Numbered from the stretch's first letter, positions 38,395 through 49,199 are shown. The stretch is DNA of 64,000 nt from Actinomycetota bacterium (GCA_046723645.1 JBKOUY010000044.1:14199-78198); one strand, 5' to 3'. The notes: generated by a model not told the origin, from the sequence alone. Translations and numbers: made by a program.

Positions 38395-40149
38395 ATGCAG
38401 CTCAACGGCGGACAAGCGTTGATCAAGGCCCTCGAGATGGAGGGGGTCGAGGTGATGTTCGGACTTCCGGGTGGCGCCATCCTCCCGGTCTACGACCCGA
38501 TCATCGACAGCCCGATCCGCCACATCCTCGTGCGCCACGAGCAGGGCGCCGGGCACATGGCCGAGGGCTTCGCCCACGCCACCGGGCGGCCGGGCGTGTG
38601 CATGGTGACCTCGGGGCCGGCGGCGACCAACGTCGTGACCCCGCTGTGCGATGCCTACATGGACTCGGTCCCCATGGTCTGCATCACCGGCCAGGTGCCG
38701 TTCGCCGCCATCGGCACCGACGCTTTCCAGGAGTGCGACACGGTCGGCATCACCCGCTCGGTGACCAAGCACAACGAGCTGATCACGCAGGCCCAGGACA
38801 TCCCGCTCATGGTCCGGCAGGCCTTCCACCTCGCCACCACCGGGCGGCCCGGACCCGTGCTGATCGACGTCCCGAAGGACATCGTCGATCCCATGAACCC
38901 CAGGTCGGCGATGGAGTGGTACTGGCCGAGCGACGACGACGTGGCGGCGAGCCTGCCGGGCTACCGGCCCACCACCAAGGGCCACCCGCGGATGATTCGC
39001 CAGGCGGCCGAGCTGATCCTCCAGGCGCGGCGGCCCGTCATCTACGCCGGCGGCGGCATCCTGAAGGCCCGGGCCGCCGAGGCCCTCCGCGAGCTCGCCG
39101 AGCTGTGCGACATCCACGTGGTGACCACCCTCATGGCCCGGGGCGCGCTCCCCGACGACCACCCGCTGTGCCTCGGCATGCCGGGCATGCACGGCAACTA
39201 CACGGCGGTCACGTCGATGCAGCAATGCGACCTGCTCATCGCCCTCGGCAGCCGCTTCGACGACCGCGTGACCGGCAAGGTCGACGGATTCGCCCCCGAC
39301 GCCAAGGTGATCCACGTCGACGTGGACCCGGCCGAGCTGGGCAAGGTGCGCCGGCCGGACGTTCCCATCGTGGGGGACTGCCGGCTGGTCATCGAGGAAC
39401 TGGTCGTGGCCGTCCGCAGCCTGCTGGACGGCGGCCTCGCGTTTCCCGACCGCTCGGCCTGGAAGCAGACCATCTCGGGCTGGCAGGAGACCTACCCGCT
39501 CACCTACCAGCAGTCGGAGCCGGGCGAGGCGCTGAAGCCGCAGTTCGTGCTGGAGCGGCTGCGCGACAACACGCCCGACGACACGATCGTCGCCGCCGGC
39601 GTGGGCCAGCACCAGATGTGGGCCAGCCAGTACTGGCGCTTCAACCACCCGTACACCTGGGTCAACTCGGGCGGGCTCGGCACCATGGGCTTCTCGGTGC
39701 CGGCCGCCATCGGGGCCAAGGTGGGCCGCCCCGATCGCACGGTGTGGGCGGTGGACGGCGACGGCTGCTTCCAGATGACCGCCCAGGAGCTCGTGACCGC
39801 GACGGCCGAGCGGATCCCCATCAAGGTCGCGATCCTCAACAACGCCTACCTGGGCATGGTCCGGCAGTGGCAGGAGATGTTCTACGACGAGCGCTACAGC
39901 GAGGTGTACCTGTCGCCTGACCTGCCCGACTACAAGCTGTGGGCCGAGGCCATGGGCTGCGTGGGGATGCGGGTGGAGTCGCCCGAGGAGGTCGACGCCG
40001 CCATCCAGAAGGCCAACGAGATCGACGACCGGCCCGTCGTGATCGACTTCCGCACCGACAGCCGGGAGAAGGTGTACCCGATGGTGCCGGCCGGCAAGTC
40101 CAACGACGAGATCATCGTCGACCCGTCCCAGGGCGAAGGGGGCCGGTAA
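38395..40149 (+). CDS. ilvB: acetolactate synthase large subunit
   Basis: GGAILPVYD, HEQGAGHMAEGFA, TGQV, and the ThDP motif GGLGTMGFSVPAAIGAK...DGDGCFQM...NN. Confidence 0.93.
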   Translation: MQLNGGQALIKALEMEGVEVMFGLPGGAILPVYDPIIDSPIRHILVRHEQGAGHMAEGFAHATGRPGVCMVTSGPAATNVVTPLCDAYMDSVPMVCITGQVPFAAIGTDAFQECDTVGITRSVTKHNELITQAQDIPLMVRQAFHLATTGRPGPVLIDVPKDIVDPMNPRSAMEWYWPSDDDVAASLPGYRPTTKGHPRMIRQAAELILQARRPVIYAGGGILKARAAEALRELAELCDIHVVTTLMARGALPDDHPLCLGMPGMHGNYTAVTSMQQCDLLIALGSRFDDRVTGKVDGFAPDAKVIHVDVDPAELGKVRRPDVPIVGDCRLVIEELVVAVRSLLDGGLAFPDRSAWKQTISGWQETYPLTYQQSEPGEALKPQFVLERLRDNTPDDTIVAAGVGQHQMWASQYWRFNHPYTWVNSGGLGTMGFSVPAAIGAKVGRPDRTVWAVDGDGCFQMTAQELVTATAERIPIKVAILNNAYLGMVRQWQEMFYDERYSEVYLSPDLPDYKLWAEAMGCVGMRVESPEEVDAAIQKANEIDDRPVVIDFRTDSREKVYPMVPAGKSNDEIIVDPSQGEGGR

Positions 40150-40694
40150 TGGCGCCGCAACTCCCCGGCGCCGACTTCCGCCACCATACGCTGGTCGTGC
40201 TCGTGGAGAACAAGGCCGGCGTGCTGGCCCGGGTCTCGAGCCTGTTCGCCCGCCGGGGCTACAACATCTACTCGCTGGCGGTGGCGCCGACCGACGACGA
40301 GCGCTTCAGCCGGATCACGATCGTCGTCGACGTCGAGTCGGCGTCGCTGGAGCAGATCACCAAGCAGCTGTTCAAGCTGGTCAACGTCGTGAAGATCTCG
40401 GAGCTCGACCCGCGTGACGCCGTCGAGCGCGAGCTGATGCTCGCCACCGTCCGCGCCGACGCCACCGGCCGCAGCCAGGTGATCGAGCTGGTGGGGCTGT
40501 TCGACGGCCGCATCGTCGACGTCGGCCACGACGAGCTGACGGTGAGCCTCGACGGCGAGCCCGGCCGGCTCGACGACCTCGAGGACCTGTTGCGCCCGTT
40601 CGGCATCGTCGAGCTCCAGCGCACCGGCCGCGTGGCGCTGCCCAAGCTCGAGCGCCTCGCCCCCAACCTCCGCCCGGTGCGCCGCACGGCGTGA
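40149..40694 (+). CDS. ilvN: acetolactate synthase small (regulatory) subunit
   Basis: HTLVVLVENKAGVLARVSSLFARRGYNIYSLAV (ACT domain). The ATG overlaps the ilvB TAA by 1 nt. Confidence 0.9.
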   Translation: MAPQLPGADFRHHTLVVLVENKAGVLARVSSLFARRGYNIYSLAVAPTDDERFSRITIVVDVESASLEQITKQLFKLVNVVKISELDPRDAVERELMLATVRADATGRSQVIELVGLFDGRIVDVGHDELTVSLDGEPGRLDDLEDLLRPFGIVELQRTGRVALPKLERLAPNLRPVRRTA

Positions 40695-40724
40695 TCGAGC
40701 ACCCATCCGAGAGAGGATTCCCCG

Positions 40725-41753
40725 ATGGCCAACGTCTACTACGAGAAGGACGCCGACCGGTCCCTGATCGCCGACCGCAGGGTGGCCGTGATCGGCTACG
40801 GCTCCCAGGGCCATGCCCACGCCCTCAACCTCAAGGATTCGGGCATCGACGTGCGCGTCGGCCTGCGCGACGGCTCGTCGTCGAAGGCCAAGGCCGAGGC
40901 CGCCGGCCTCACCGTCCGCTCGATCGCCGACGCCGCCGCCGAGGCCGACGTCGTGATGCTCCTCGGCCCGGACACCGAGCACAAGGCGATCTTCACCGAA
41001 CACATCGCCCCCAACCTCGCCGACGGCGACGCGCTGTTCGTGGCCCACGGGTTCAGCGTGCGCTTCGGCCAGGTGAAGGCGCCGTCCGGAGTCGACGTCG
41101 CCCTGGTCGCGCCCAAGGGCCCCGGCCACCTGGTACGCCGGACCTACACCGAGGGCGGCGGCGTGCCCTGCCTGATCGCGGTCGCACAGGACGCCTCCGG
41201 CAACGCCCACGGCCTGGCGTTGGCGTACGCCGACGCCATCGGGGGCGCCCGTGCCGGCGTGCTCGAGACCACGTTCGAGGAGGAGACCGAGACCGACCTG
41301 TTCGGCGAGCAGGTGGTGCTGTGCGGCGGGTTGACCGCATTGGTGCAGGCCGGCTTTGAGACGCTGGTGGAGGCCGGCTACCAGCCCGAGTCCGCCTACT
41401 TCGAGTGCCTCCACGAGCTCAAGCTCATCATCGACCTGATGTACGAGCAGGGCATCGCAGGCATGCGCTACTCGGTGAGCGACACCGCCGAGTACGGCGA
41501 CCTGACCCGCGGGCCCCGGGTCATCAACGACGCAGTGCGGGCGGAGATGCGCGCCATCCTCGACGAGATCCGGTCCGGCCGCTTCGCCGACGAGTGGATC
41601 GCAGAATCCGAGTCGGGCCGGCCCAACTTCTCGGCCCTGCGCCAGGCCGGCCGGGACCATCCGATCGAGAAGGTGGGTGCCGAGCTCCGGGCGATGATGC
41701 CCTGGATCTCCGCGGGCAAGCAGCGGGTCGAGGACGCGTCGGGCGGCGCCTGA
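40725..41753 (+). CDS. ilvC: ketol-acid reductoisomerase
   Basis: [21 protein letters not shown], GLRx[20 protein letters not shown]. Confidence 0.93.
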   Translation: MANVYYEKDADRSLIADRRVAVIGYGSQGHAHALNLKDSGIDVRVGLRDGSSSKAKAEAAGLTVRSIADAAAEADVVMLLGPDTEHKAIFTEHIAPNLADGDALFVAHGFSVRFGQVKAPSGVDVALVAPKGPGHLVRRTYTEGGGVPCLIAVAQDASGNAHGLALAYADAIGGARAGVLETTFEEETETDLFGEQVVLCGGLTALVQAGFETLVEAGYQPESAYFECLHELKLIIDLMYEQGIAGMRYSVSDTAEYGDLTRGPRVINDAVRAEMRAILDEIRSGRFADEWIAESESGRPNFSALRQAGRDHPIEKVGAELRAMMPWISAGKQRVEDASGGA

Positions 41754-41756
41754 CCC

Positions 41757-42191
41757 TCAATCAGCCACGTCGCGCTCGGCCACCACGTGCGTGGGGGCCA
41801 CGCGGATGAGGAGCTCGCCGGGCACGGCGTTGCGGGCGCCAAACGCCTCGGCCCGGTCGGCGCCCATGTAGCGGCCGCCCAGCCGGGTTGCCCAGTAGCG
41901 GAGCTGCTCGAGGTCGTCGCTCCACATGGCGTCCCCCTCGATGGCCACGAACGAGAACGGGGGCTGGTCGTCCTGCACGCACAGCGCCACCCTGCCCGTG
42001 CGCCTGATGGCGTGGCCCTTCACGGTGGTGGCACCGGTGGTGAAGACGATCGTGCCGTCATCGTCGACGTCGTACCAGACGGGTGCGGCGTGCGGCCGCC
42101 CGTCCTTCCGGGTGGTGGCCAGCACCGCCGGGCGCACCTGGGACCGCAGGAACGCCCGCCATTCGGCCTCGTCCATGCGTGCATAGGGCAT
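41757..42191 (-). CDS. PPOX-class (pyridoxamine 5'-phosphate oxidase-like) probable F420-dependent enzyme
   Basis: AVLATTRKDGRPHAAPVWYDVDDDGTIVFTTGATTVKGHAIRRTGRVALCV. Confidence 0.75.
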   Translation of the reverse strand: MPYARMDEAEWRAFLRSQVRPAVLATTRKDGRPHAAPVWYDVDDDGTIVFTTGATTVKGHAIRRTGRVALCVQDDQPPFSFVAIEGDAMWSDDLEQLRYWATRLGGRYMGADRAEAFGARNAVPGELLIRVAPTHVVAERDVAD

Positions 42192-42305
42192 GGGAACGGA
42201 GGTTAGGTGCCGGCGCCAGGAGGCGCCGGCACCGCGTGTCGTGTCCCCCGTTCGTGCCGCTTCGCACCGGGCCGCTCGGCCAGTGGCTGCGCCCCGGCGC
42301 AGCCT

Positions 42306-42473
42306 CTAGTGGACCCTCGCGGAAGTCATCGTGGCGCCTCGCCGGCCAGATCCGCCGCTGGACATCGTCCTCGTCGTCGCCGCAGCCGCTGGCCGCGCCT
42401 TCCTCCTGCGTCCTCGCCAGCGACGAATCTGACACGGCGATACATCCACGGAACTTCCGCGAGCGCCCACTAG
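42306..42473. mobile_element. MITE-like element, full-length copy A (168 bp, CTAG-bounded, about 21-bp terminal inverted repeats)
   Basis: Left end ctagtggaccctcgcggaagt. The right end acttccgcgagcgcccactag reverse-complements to ctagtgggcgctcgcggaagt (2 mismatches). Shares ends with the copies at 52947 and 58828, and its core with the copy at 21547. Confidence 0.6.
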
Positions 42474-43546
42474 CGGAACGCCTCGACCATCCGGGCCCGC
42501 CAGGCCCGCAGCTCGGGGTCGTGGCTGTCCTCCGGCGACTTGCCGAGCCGGACCACGATGAGGTCCAGCGGCGGGCAGATCATGAGCGACTGCCCCTCGT
42601 ACCCGTTGGCGGTGAAGGTCCCGAGGTCGTCGCCGACCGACCACCAGTGGGCGCCGTGCCAGCGGTCGCCCTCCTCGTCGCGGGACCGGGCCCGGCGCCC
42701 ATGGTCGACCCAGCCCTCGGGCAGCAGCCGCCGACCGTCCCACACGCCATCCCGCAGGTACAGCAAGCCGAAGCGGAGGTAGTCCCGGGCAATCGCATAC
42801 ACGAAGGAGGAGCCCACGAAGGTGCCGGCCTCGTCGAAGCGGGCGCGCGTCGATCGCATACCCAGCGGCTCGAACAGCCGGTCGCGCAGGAACAACTCGT
42901 ACGGGTCACCGGGGCCGACCGTCCGGGCGACGATGCCCGACACGATGAGGGAGGTGCCGGACGAGTAGTTGAACACCGTGCCCGGCTCGTGGGCGAGGGG
43001 ATGATCGGCCGCAAAGTGGGCCATGTCGGCCTGGGCCTCACCGAACAGCATGCGGATGACATCCGAACGTTCGAAGTCCTCGTAGTCCTCGGCGAAGTCG
43101 AGGCCGTCGCGCATGGTGAGCAGGTCGTCCAGCGTGATCGCGTGCCGGGGATCGGAGGGGTCGGCCCACTCCGGGACCGGGGCGCGCGCGTCCACGGCCA
43201 GCCGTCCCTCGCCCACGAGAATGCCCACCGCTGCATGGAGCACCGACTTGGCCATCGACCACGACAGCAGCTGCGTGGTGGGGCCGACCGGCTCATTGGG
43301 GCCGTCCCAGTGCTCGAGCTCCCCGTCGTAGCGCTCGGCGAGCAGGTTCCCGCCCTGCACGACGGCGACCGCGTAGGTCGTCCCGAACCGGGCAGGGTCG
43401 CCGGTTATCTCGTCGAGCAACGCCGACATCCGCTCAGCGGTGGTGGCCGGCGGATCGGTGGTGGGCCAGGCGTCGGTCGGCCAGGGCACGCCGGCCGGTT
43501 GCTGTGGGAGCGGGACGAGGGAGCCCACTCGGGCGGGATTTGTCAT
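42470..43546 (-). CDS. serine hydrolase (beta-lactamase / class C-like family)
   Basis: LLSWSMAKSVLHA (S-x-x-K), YSSGTS. Start at the internal ATG (MTNPARV). The TAG stop lies within the terminal CTAG of the MITE-like element. Confidence 0.75.
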   Translation of the reverse strand: MTNPARVGSLVPLPQQPAGVPWPTDAWPTTDPPATTAERMSALLDEITGDPARFGTTYAVAVVQGGNLLAERYDGELEHWDGPNEPVGPTTQLLSWSMAKSVLHAAVGILVGEGRLAVDARAPVPEWADPSDPRHAITLDDLLTMRDGLDFAEDYEDFERSDVIRMLFGEAQADMAHFAADHPLAHEPGTVFNYSSGTSLIVSGIVARTVGPGDPYELFLRDRLFEPLGMRSTRARFDEAGTFVGSSFVYAIARDYLRFGLLYLRDGVWDGRRLLPEGWVDHGRRARSRDEEGDRWHGAHWWSVGDDLGTFTANGYEGQSLMICPPLDLIVVRLGKSPEDSHDPELRAWRARMVEAFR

Positions 43547-43595
43547 CAGGCAGTGTCTCCTAGCACCGTGCCGCGATCGCTCGCCGTCGCCGGGC

Positions 43596-45341
43596 TCACA
43601 TCGTCTCGACGAAGCTGACCTCGCCCTCGCCCCGCAGCACGTTCTTGAGCAGCTTGCCCGACGCGTTCCGAGGCAGCGGCTCGGTGCGCAGCTCCACGTG
43701 TGCCGGCACCTTGAAGTCGGCCAGCTCGGCGGCCACCCAGCGGCGCACGTCATCGGCGGTCAGTGACTCGCCGTCCGGCGCCTGCGACTCGACCTGCACG
43801 ATGGCCTTGACCTCCTCGCCCAGCTCGGGGTGCGGCACGCCGACGACGGCGGCGTCCGCGATCGCGGGGTGTTCGACGAGCCGGTTCTCGATCTCGACGC
43901 AGTAGATGTTCTCGCCGCCCCGGATGATCATGTCCTTCTTGCGGTCGGTGATCGTGAGGTAGCCCTCGTCGTCGACGTGGCCGATGTCCCCGGTGTGCAG
44001 GAACCCGTCGGCGTCGATGGCCTCGGCGGTGGCCTCCGGCTTGTTCCAGTAGCCCTTCATGAGGATCGGCCCGCGCACGCAGACCTCGCCGGTCTCGCCC
44101 ACCCCGAGCACCCGACCCCCCGGATCCATGATGCGTAGCTCGACGGTGGGCACCGGCGGTCCGACCGAGTGCGGCTTGCGCTTGGCGTCCGGCCCGCTGA
44201 TGACCGTCGCCACCGACGACGTCTCGGTGAGGCCGTAGGCGTTCGAGGTCGAACGCACGTTGGGGAACGTCTCGGCGATCTTGCGCTGCAGCTCGTCGGC
44301 CGACGGCGAACCGCCGAACGCCACCGTCGTCACGCTGGAGGTGTCGTAGTCGTGGCGCGCCGGGTGCTCGCACACCCGCCATACCATCGTGGGCACGGTG
44401 GCCCAGACGGTGACCCTGTGATCCGCGACGAGGCGCAACACCTGCACGGGGTCGAACCGGCCCTCGGGGATCACGAGCCTGACACCCGCCAGCAGCCCGA
44501 CGACCAGGTTGGAGTGGCAGCCCGACACGTGGAACAGCGGCGAGGTCAGGAGCGACACGGTGGGTGCGCCGCTCGACGACAGCGCCGATCCGCCCTCGGG
44601 GTTGGCCATGGCGCCCGCCACCGTCGAGAACAGTGTGTTCTGGAGGTTGGCGATCATGGACCGGTGCGTCGAGATGGCGCCCTTGGGCTTCCCGGTGGTG
44701 CCGGAGGTGTAGAAGATGACCGCGTCGTCGTCCTCCGCGATGGGCGCGTCAGGGAACCGGTCGGTGGGCTCCGCGCCCAGCTCGTCGAACCGCTGCAGCT
44801 TCACGCCCGACGTTCTCGCGGCCGGGAAGTCGTCGGGGTCGGCGTCGACCAGGATCACGTGGGTGAGGTCCGGCGCCTCGCCCAGCCGGTCCGCAACCCG
44901 CTCGAACCGCTTGGTGTCGGCGACGAGCACCTTCGCGCCCGAATCCTGGAGGCCGTAGAGGATCTCGTCGGCCTTCCACCAGCCGTTGAGGCCCACCAGG
45001 ATGGCCCCGCTCGAGACCGTGGCCCAGAACGTGAGGCACCACTCCGGGTTGTTCTGGCTGAGCACCGCCACCCGGTCGCCGGGCCCGATGTCGCACCCCT
45101 CGGCGAGGGCGCGCGCGAGCCCGTTTGCCTCCTCGACGAAGCCGCGGAACCCGTACGTGCGGTCGCCGTACACGAGGAACGTCTGGTCGCCGCGCCCGAT
45201 GGCCGCCTGTGGAATGGCCCGCAGCGACCTGAGGCGGTCCTTGTAGACCTGCGTGGGGCGCCCGAGGACGTCCTCGGTGACGACCTCGAACGGCCCTCCC
45301 GGGCCCGTGAGCTGGTCTCGGACCTCGGCCAGGTTCGGCAT
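43596..45341 (-). CDS. AMP-dependent acyl-CoA synthetase/ligase
   Basis: IFYTSGTTGKPKGA, TGDIGHVDDEGYLTITDRKKDMII, GKLLK. Start at MPNLAEV. Confidence 0.85.
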   Translation of the reverse strand: MPNLAEVRDQLTGPGGPFEVVTEDVLGRPTQVYKDRLRSLRAIPQAAIGRGDQTFLVYGDRTYGFRGFVEEANGLARALAEGCDIGPGDRVAVLSQNNPEWCLTFWATVSSGAILVGLNGWWKADEILYGLQDSGAKVLVADTKRFERVADRLGEAPDLTHVILVDADPDDFPAARTSGVKLQRFDELGAEPTDRFPDAPIAEDDDAVIFYTSGTTGKPKGAISTHRSMIANLQNTLFSTVAGAMANPEGGSALSSSGAPTVSLLTSPLFHVSGCHSNLVVGLLAGVRLVIPEGRFDPVQVLRLVADHRVTVWATVPTMVWRVCEHPARHDYDTSSVTTVAFGGSPSADELQRKIAETFPNVRSTSNAYGLTETSSVATVISGPDAKRKPHSVGPPVPTVELRIMDPGGRVLGVGETGEVCVRGPILMKGYWNKPEATAEAIDADGFLHTGDIGHVDDEGYLTITDRKKDMIIRGGENIYCVEIENRLVEHPAIADAAVVGVPHPELGEEVKAIVQVESQAPDGESLTADDVRRWVAAELADFKVPAHVELRTEPLPRNASGKLLKNVLRGEGEVSFVETM

Positions 45342-45533
45342 CCTCGTCCCCTTCGAAACCGACGGTGATCGCTCGGGGAGCATAGAGGTACCCGCCGACG
45401 GTCAGACCGACACGATCGAGGGACGCCGGGTCGGAGGCCGGGGCTGGGGGTCGGGCCGGATGCGTCGGGTTAGGCTGGCCGGCGACCCCGGCAGGGGTTC
45501 GAATCACCCGATCGTCCCGGGAGAGGAACGGCT

Positions 45534-46130
45534 GTGATCGTCGTCTCCGCTGCGCTCAAGGGCGGCGTGGGAAAGACCACCACGTCCGTGTACCTGGCCG
45601 CCCTGGCGGCGGCCTCCAACCGGCACGGCGTCACCCTGATCGACGCCGACTCGCAGGCCAGCGCCGCCGAATGGGTCGAGGAGGCGACGGACGAGCGTCT
45701 GCAGGGCCTCACCGTCGTGGAGGCACCGACAGAACGCCTCCTGACCAAGGCACTCGACAAGCTGGGGCCCGAGGACGTCGCGATCGTCGATACGCCCCCG
45801 GGCCAGGAGAAGCTCACCGGCAAGGCGGTGGACCAGGCCTCCGTCGTAGTCGTGCCCACACGGGTCGGGGGGATCGAACCCGACCGGGCACAGGCCGTCC
45901 TCGACCTCGTGCCGGAGGGCACCCCGGCCGGCCTGGTGATCTGCTCCGCGCGCACGTTCACGCGCGACTACCTGGACGCCGTGACCGACTGGGAGGAGGC
46001 GGGCGCGCGGATCTGGGGGACGGTGCCCGAGCGGGTGGCGATCGCGGCCGGACCGGAGCGGTGGCTGGCGTTCGACGGCATCGAGGCCTACCGGGACGTC
46101 TGGCGCAAGCTCCAGCGGGCCGCGCGGTAG
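45534..46130 (+). CDS. small ParA/MinD-family ATPase (orphan, about 198 aa)
   Basis: VIVVSAALKGGVGKTTTSVYLA (deviant Walker A), LIDADSQ, AIVDTPPG. GTG start with GGGAGAGG RBS. No ParB-like partner gene adjacent. Confidence 0.8.
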   Translation: MIVVSAALKGGVGKTTTSVYLAALAAASNRHGVTLIDADSQASAAEWVEEATDERLQGLTVVEAPTERLLTKALDKLGPEDVAIVDTPPGQEKLTGKAVDQASVVVVPTRVGGIEPDRAQAVLDLVPEGTPAGLVICSARTFTRDYLDAVTDWEEAGARIWGTVPERVAIAAGPERWLAFDGIEAYRDVWRKLQRAAR

Positions 46131-46146
46131 CACCAGCGGCCCGGCG

Positions 46147-47061
46147 TCACCGGAACGCCGGCGCCACCTCGTCGATGAAGCGGTCCATCCGCTCGAGCTT
46201 GGCCGTGCCCTGCCCGAGCGACCGGTCCGGGACGATGAGCTCGTCCAGTCCGGCCTGGGCGTAGGCCGCGACCACGTCACGCAGCTGCTCGACGGTTCCG
46301 CCGATCGCGGGCATCGGCGACCGCTCGATCAGCCGCTCGATGTCGGCGATCGCGCCGACGTCCTCGGCCATGAACACGAGCGCCTGCGCCGTCCGGGCGA
46401 CGGCATCCGGGTCGCGGCCCACCCCTTCGCAGGCGCGGGTCAGGGCCGCGGAGCGCTCGGCGATGTGGTCGGGCTGCCCCCAGGTGTTCCAGGCATCGGC
46501 CCACCGGGCGGCGACGCCGAGCATCCGGTCGCCGCCCCCGCCCACCAGGATCGGCAATGGATCCTGAATGGGCTTCGGCTCGCACAGGGCGTCGGTGATC
46601 TCGTAGTAGCGACCCTTGAACGTGGTCCGTTGCGCGCGGAGCAGGCCGTGGATGACCTCGGTCGCCTCGGCGAAGCGATCGATGCGGGGGCCGACCGGGG
46701 GCAGCTCGATGCCGTAGGCGGCGTGCTCGTTCTCCTGCCATCCGGCGCCGATGCCGAGCGTGAACCGGCCGCCGCTCACGTGGTCGACGGTGACGGCGAT
46801 GTTGGCCACGACGGCCGGGTGCCGGTAGGTGTTGCCGAGCACCAGGGTGCCGATCCGCACGCGGGGCACGGCCGCCGCCAGAGCTGCGACCAGGGACCCT
46901 GCCTCCAGCGTCGGGGTCTCGGCGGAAAAGGGGCCGTCGGCGTTGGGCATGAAGTGGTCGGCGATCCACGCACCGTCCCACCCGGTGGCCTCGGCGTAGC
47001 TGGCGGTGGCCAGGATCTCGCCCCAGGGCTGGTTGGCCGACGGCCAGATCGAGAAGCGCAT
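46147..47061 (-). CDS. LLM-class (luciferase-like) F420-dependent oxidoreductase
   Basis: MRFSIWPS...GWDGAWIADHF...RIGTLVLGNTYRHPAVVANIAVTVDHVSGGRFTLGIGAGW. Confidence 0.8.
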   Translation of the reverse strand: MRFSIWPSANQPWGEILATASYAEATGWDGAWIADHFMPNADGPFSAETPTLEAGSLVAALAAAVPRVRIGTLVLGNTYRHPAVVANIAVTVDHVSGGRFTLGIGAGWQENEHAAYGIELPPVGPRIDRFAEATEVIHGLLRAQRTTFKGRYYEITDALCEPKPIQDPLPILVGGGGDRMLGVAARWADAWNTWGQPDHIAERSAALTRACEGVGRDPDAVARTAQALVFMAEDVGAIADIERLIERSPMPAIGGTVEQLRDVVAAYAQAGLDELIVPDRSLGQGTAKLERMDRFIDEVAPAFR

Positions 47062-47096
47062 GAGACCAAGGATGCCAGCGCCCCGGCAGCGGCGGG

Positions 47097-47909
47097 GTGG
47101 CCGTCACGGCGATGCCGTACGGTCGAGTCGTGCGCACCGCCGTGAGCCTTCCGCCCTTCACCGATGCCGCCACCGTCGTCGCGCTGGGCGTCGAGGCGGA
47201 GCGGGCGGGCTGGGACGGCGTGTTCCTGTGGGATCACCTGGTCTTCGAGCGCCGCCTCGGGCTCGACGTCCACGACCCCTGGGTGGCCCTCGGCGCCATC
47301 GCGCAGGCCACCGAACGCGTCCGCCTGGGCACGCTGGTCACGCCCCTGGCGCGTCGTCGGCCCTGGATCGTCGCCAAGCACCTGACCACGCTCGACCACC
47401 TGAGCGGCGGGCGGGCGGTGCTGGGCGTGGGGCTGGGCGAACCGTCCGACGCCGACTTCGCAGCGTTCGGCGACCCTGCGGAGCGCAAGGAGCGGGCGGC
47501 CATCGTCGACGAGGCGCTCGGGCTGCTGGACGGCCTGTTGCGGGGCCCGGTGTCGCACCAGGGCGCGCACTTCCGCGTCGACACCGAGATCCTCCCGCGG
47601 CCTGTCCAGCGCCCGCGCCCGCCGGTCTGGGTGGCCGCGATCATCCCCCACCGGCTGCCGGTCGCCCGGGCGCAGCGGTGGGATGGCATCGTGCCGCTCG
47701 GCCCGCAGGGCTACAGCAGCCCTGAGGAGCTGGCCACGTATCTCGAGGGCGTCGAGCGCCCGCCGGTCTGGGACGTGGTGGCGGGCAGGGCCCCGGGGGT
47801 GCCGGTCGACGAGTATGCATCGGCGGGTGCCACCTGGCTGATCGACTCGACCTGGCCGGTGGGCGACTGGGTGGCGGAGATCCGCACCCGCATCACCGCC
47901 GGCCCCTGA
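47097..47909 (+). CDS. LLM-class flavin/F420-dependent oxidoreductase
   Basis: AGWDGVFLWDHL...RLGTLVTPLARRRPWIVAKHLTTLDHLSGGRAVLGVGLG. The start may instead be GTG 47130. Confidence 0.7.
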   Translation: MAVTAMPYGRVVRTAVSLPPFTDAATVVALGVEAERAGWDGVFLWDHLVFERRLGLDVHDPWVALGAIAQATERVRLGTLVTPLARRRPWIVAKHLTTLDHLSGGRAVLGVGLGEPSDADFAAFGDPAERKERAAIVDEALGLLDGLLRGPVSHQGAHFRVDTEILPRPVQRPRPPVWVAAIIPHRLPVARAQRWDGIVPLGPQGYSSPEELATYLEGVERPPVWDVVAGRAPGVPVDEYASAGATWLIDSTWPVGDWVAEIRTRITAGP

Positions 47910-48005
47910 GGCAATGGCGAATGGTCCAGCGGGCACGAGGCAATGACGAACGGTCTGGGTTCGGCGTTGCCTCGCATCCCGGTCAATGTTCGCTATCGCC
48001 TCGGG
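47908..48005. repeat. REP-like composite element, family E copy 2
   Basis: gaggcaatggcgaatgg (47908-24), gaggcaatgacgaacgg (47937-53), gttcggcgttgcctc (inverted), ttcgctatcgcctc (inverted). Its first base pair overlaps the upstream TGA. Units 1/4 and 2/3 can pair as nested hairpins. Confidence 0.6.
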
Positions 48006-48045
48006 TGATCTCAGGCCCGACCCCCGCCCGCCGCCCCGTGATGGC

Positions 48046-48062
48046 GTCGGCCTGTGGCCGAC
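48046..48062 (-). terminator. hairpin immediately after the serC stop
   Basis: gtcggcc-tgt-ggccgac (7-bp stem) abutting the serC stop codon. No clear U-tract. Confidence 0.35.

Positions 48063-49199
<1,137 letters not shown>

Noticed and set aside
42306-42365. 19-codon ORF inside the MITE-like element (MSSGGSGRRGATMTSARVH, ending in the terminal TAG), with a related frame in copy D
   Set aside because: There is no RBS at a suitable distance. The frame is not preserved in copies B and C. It is more simply explained by the repeat ending in CTAG.
45421-45520. tRNA-like GGTTCGAATC T-loop motif upstream of parA, considered as a tRNA gene or att-site remnant
   Set aside because: The flanking bases do not form a 5-bp T-stem (two mismatches). 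No 7-bp acceptor stem, D-arm or anticodon arm can be drawn, and the only 5-bp terminal pairing would give a molecule of about 97 nt. No integrase or direct repeat is nearby. A tRNAscan or Aragorn run would settle it.
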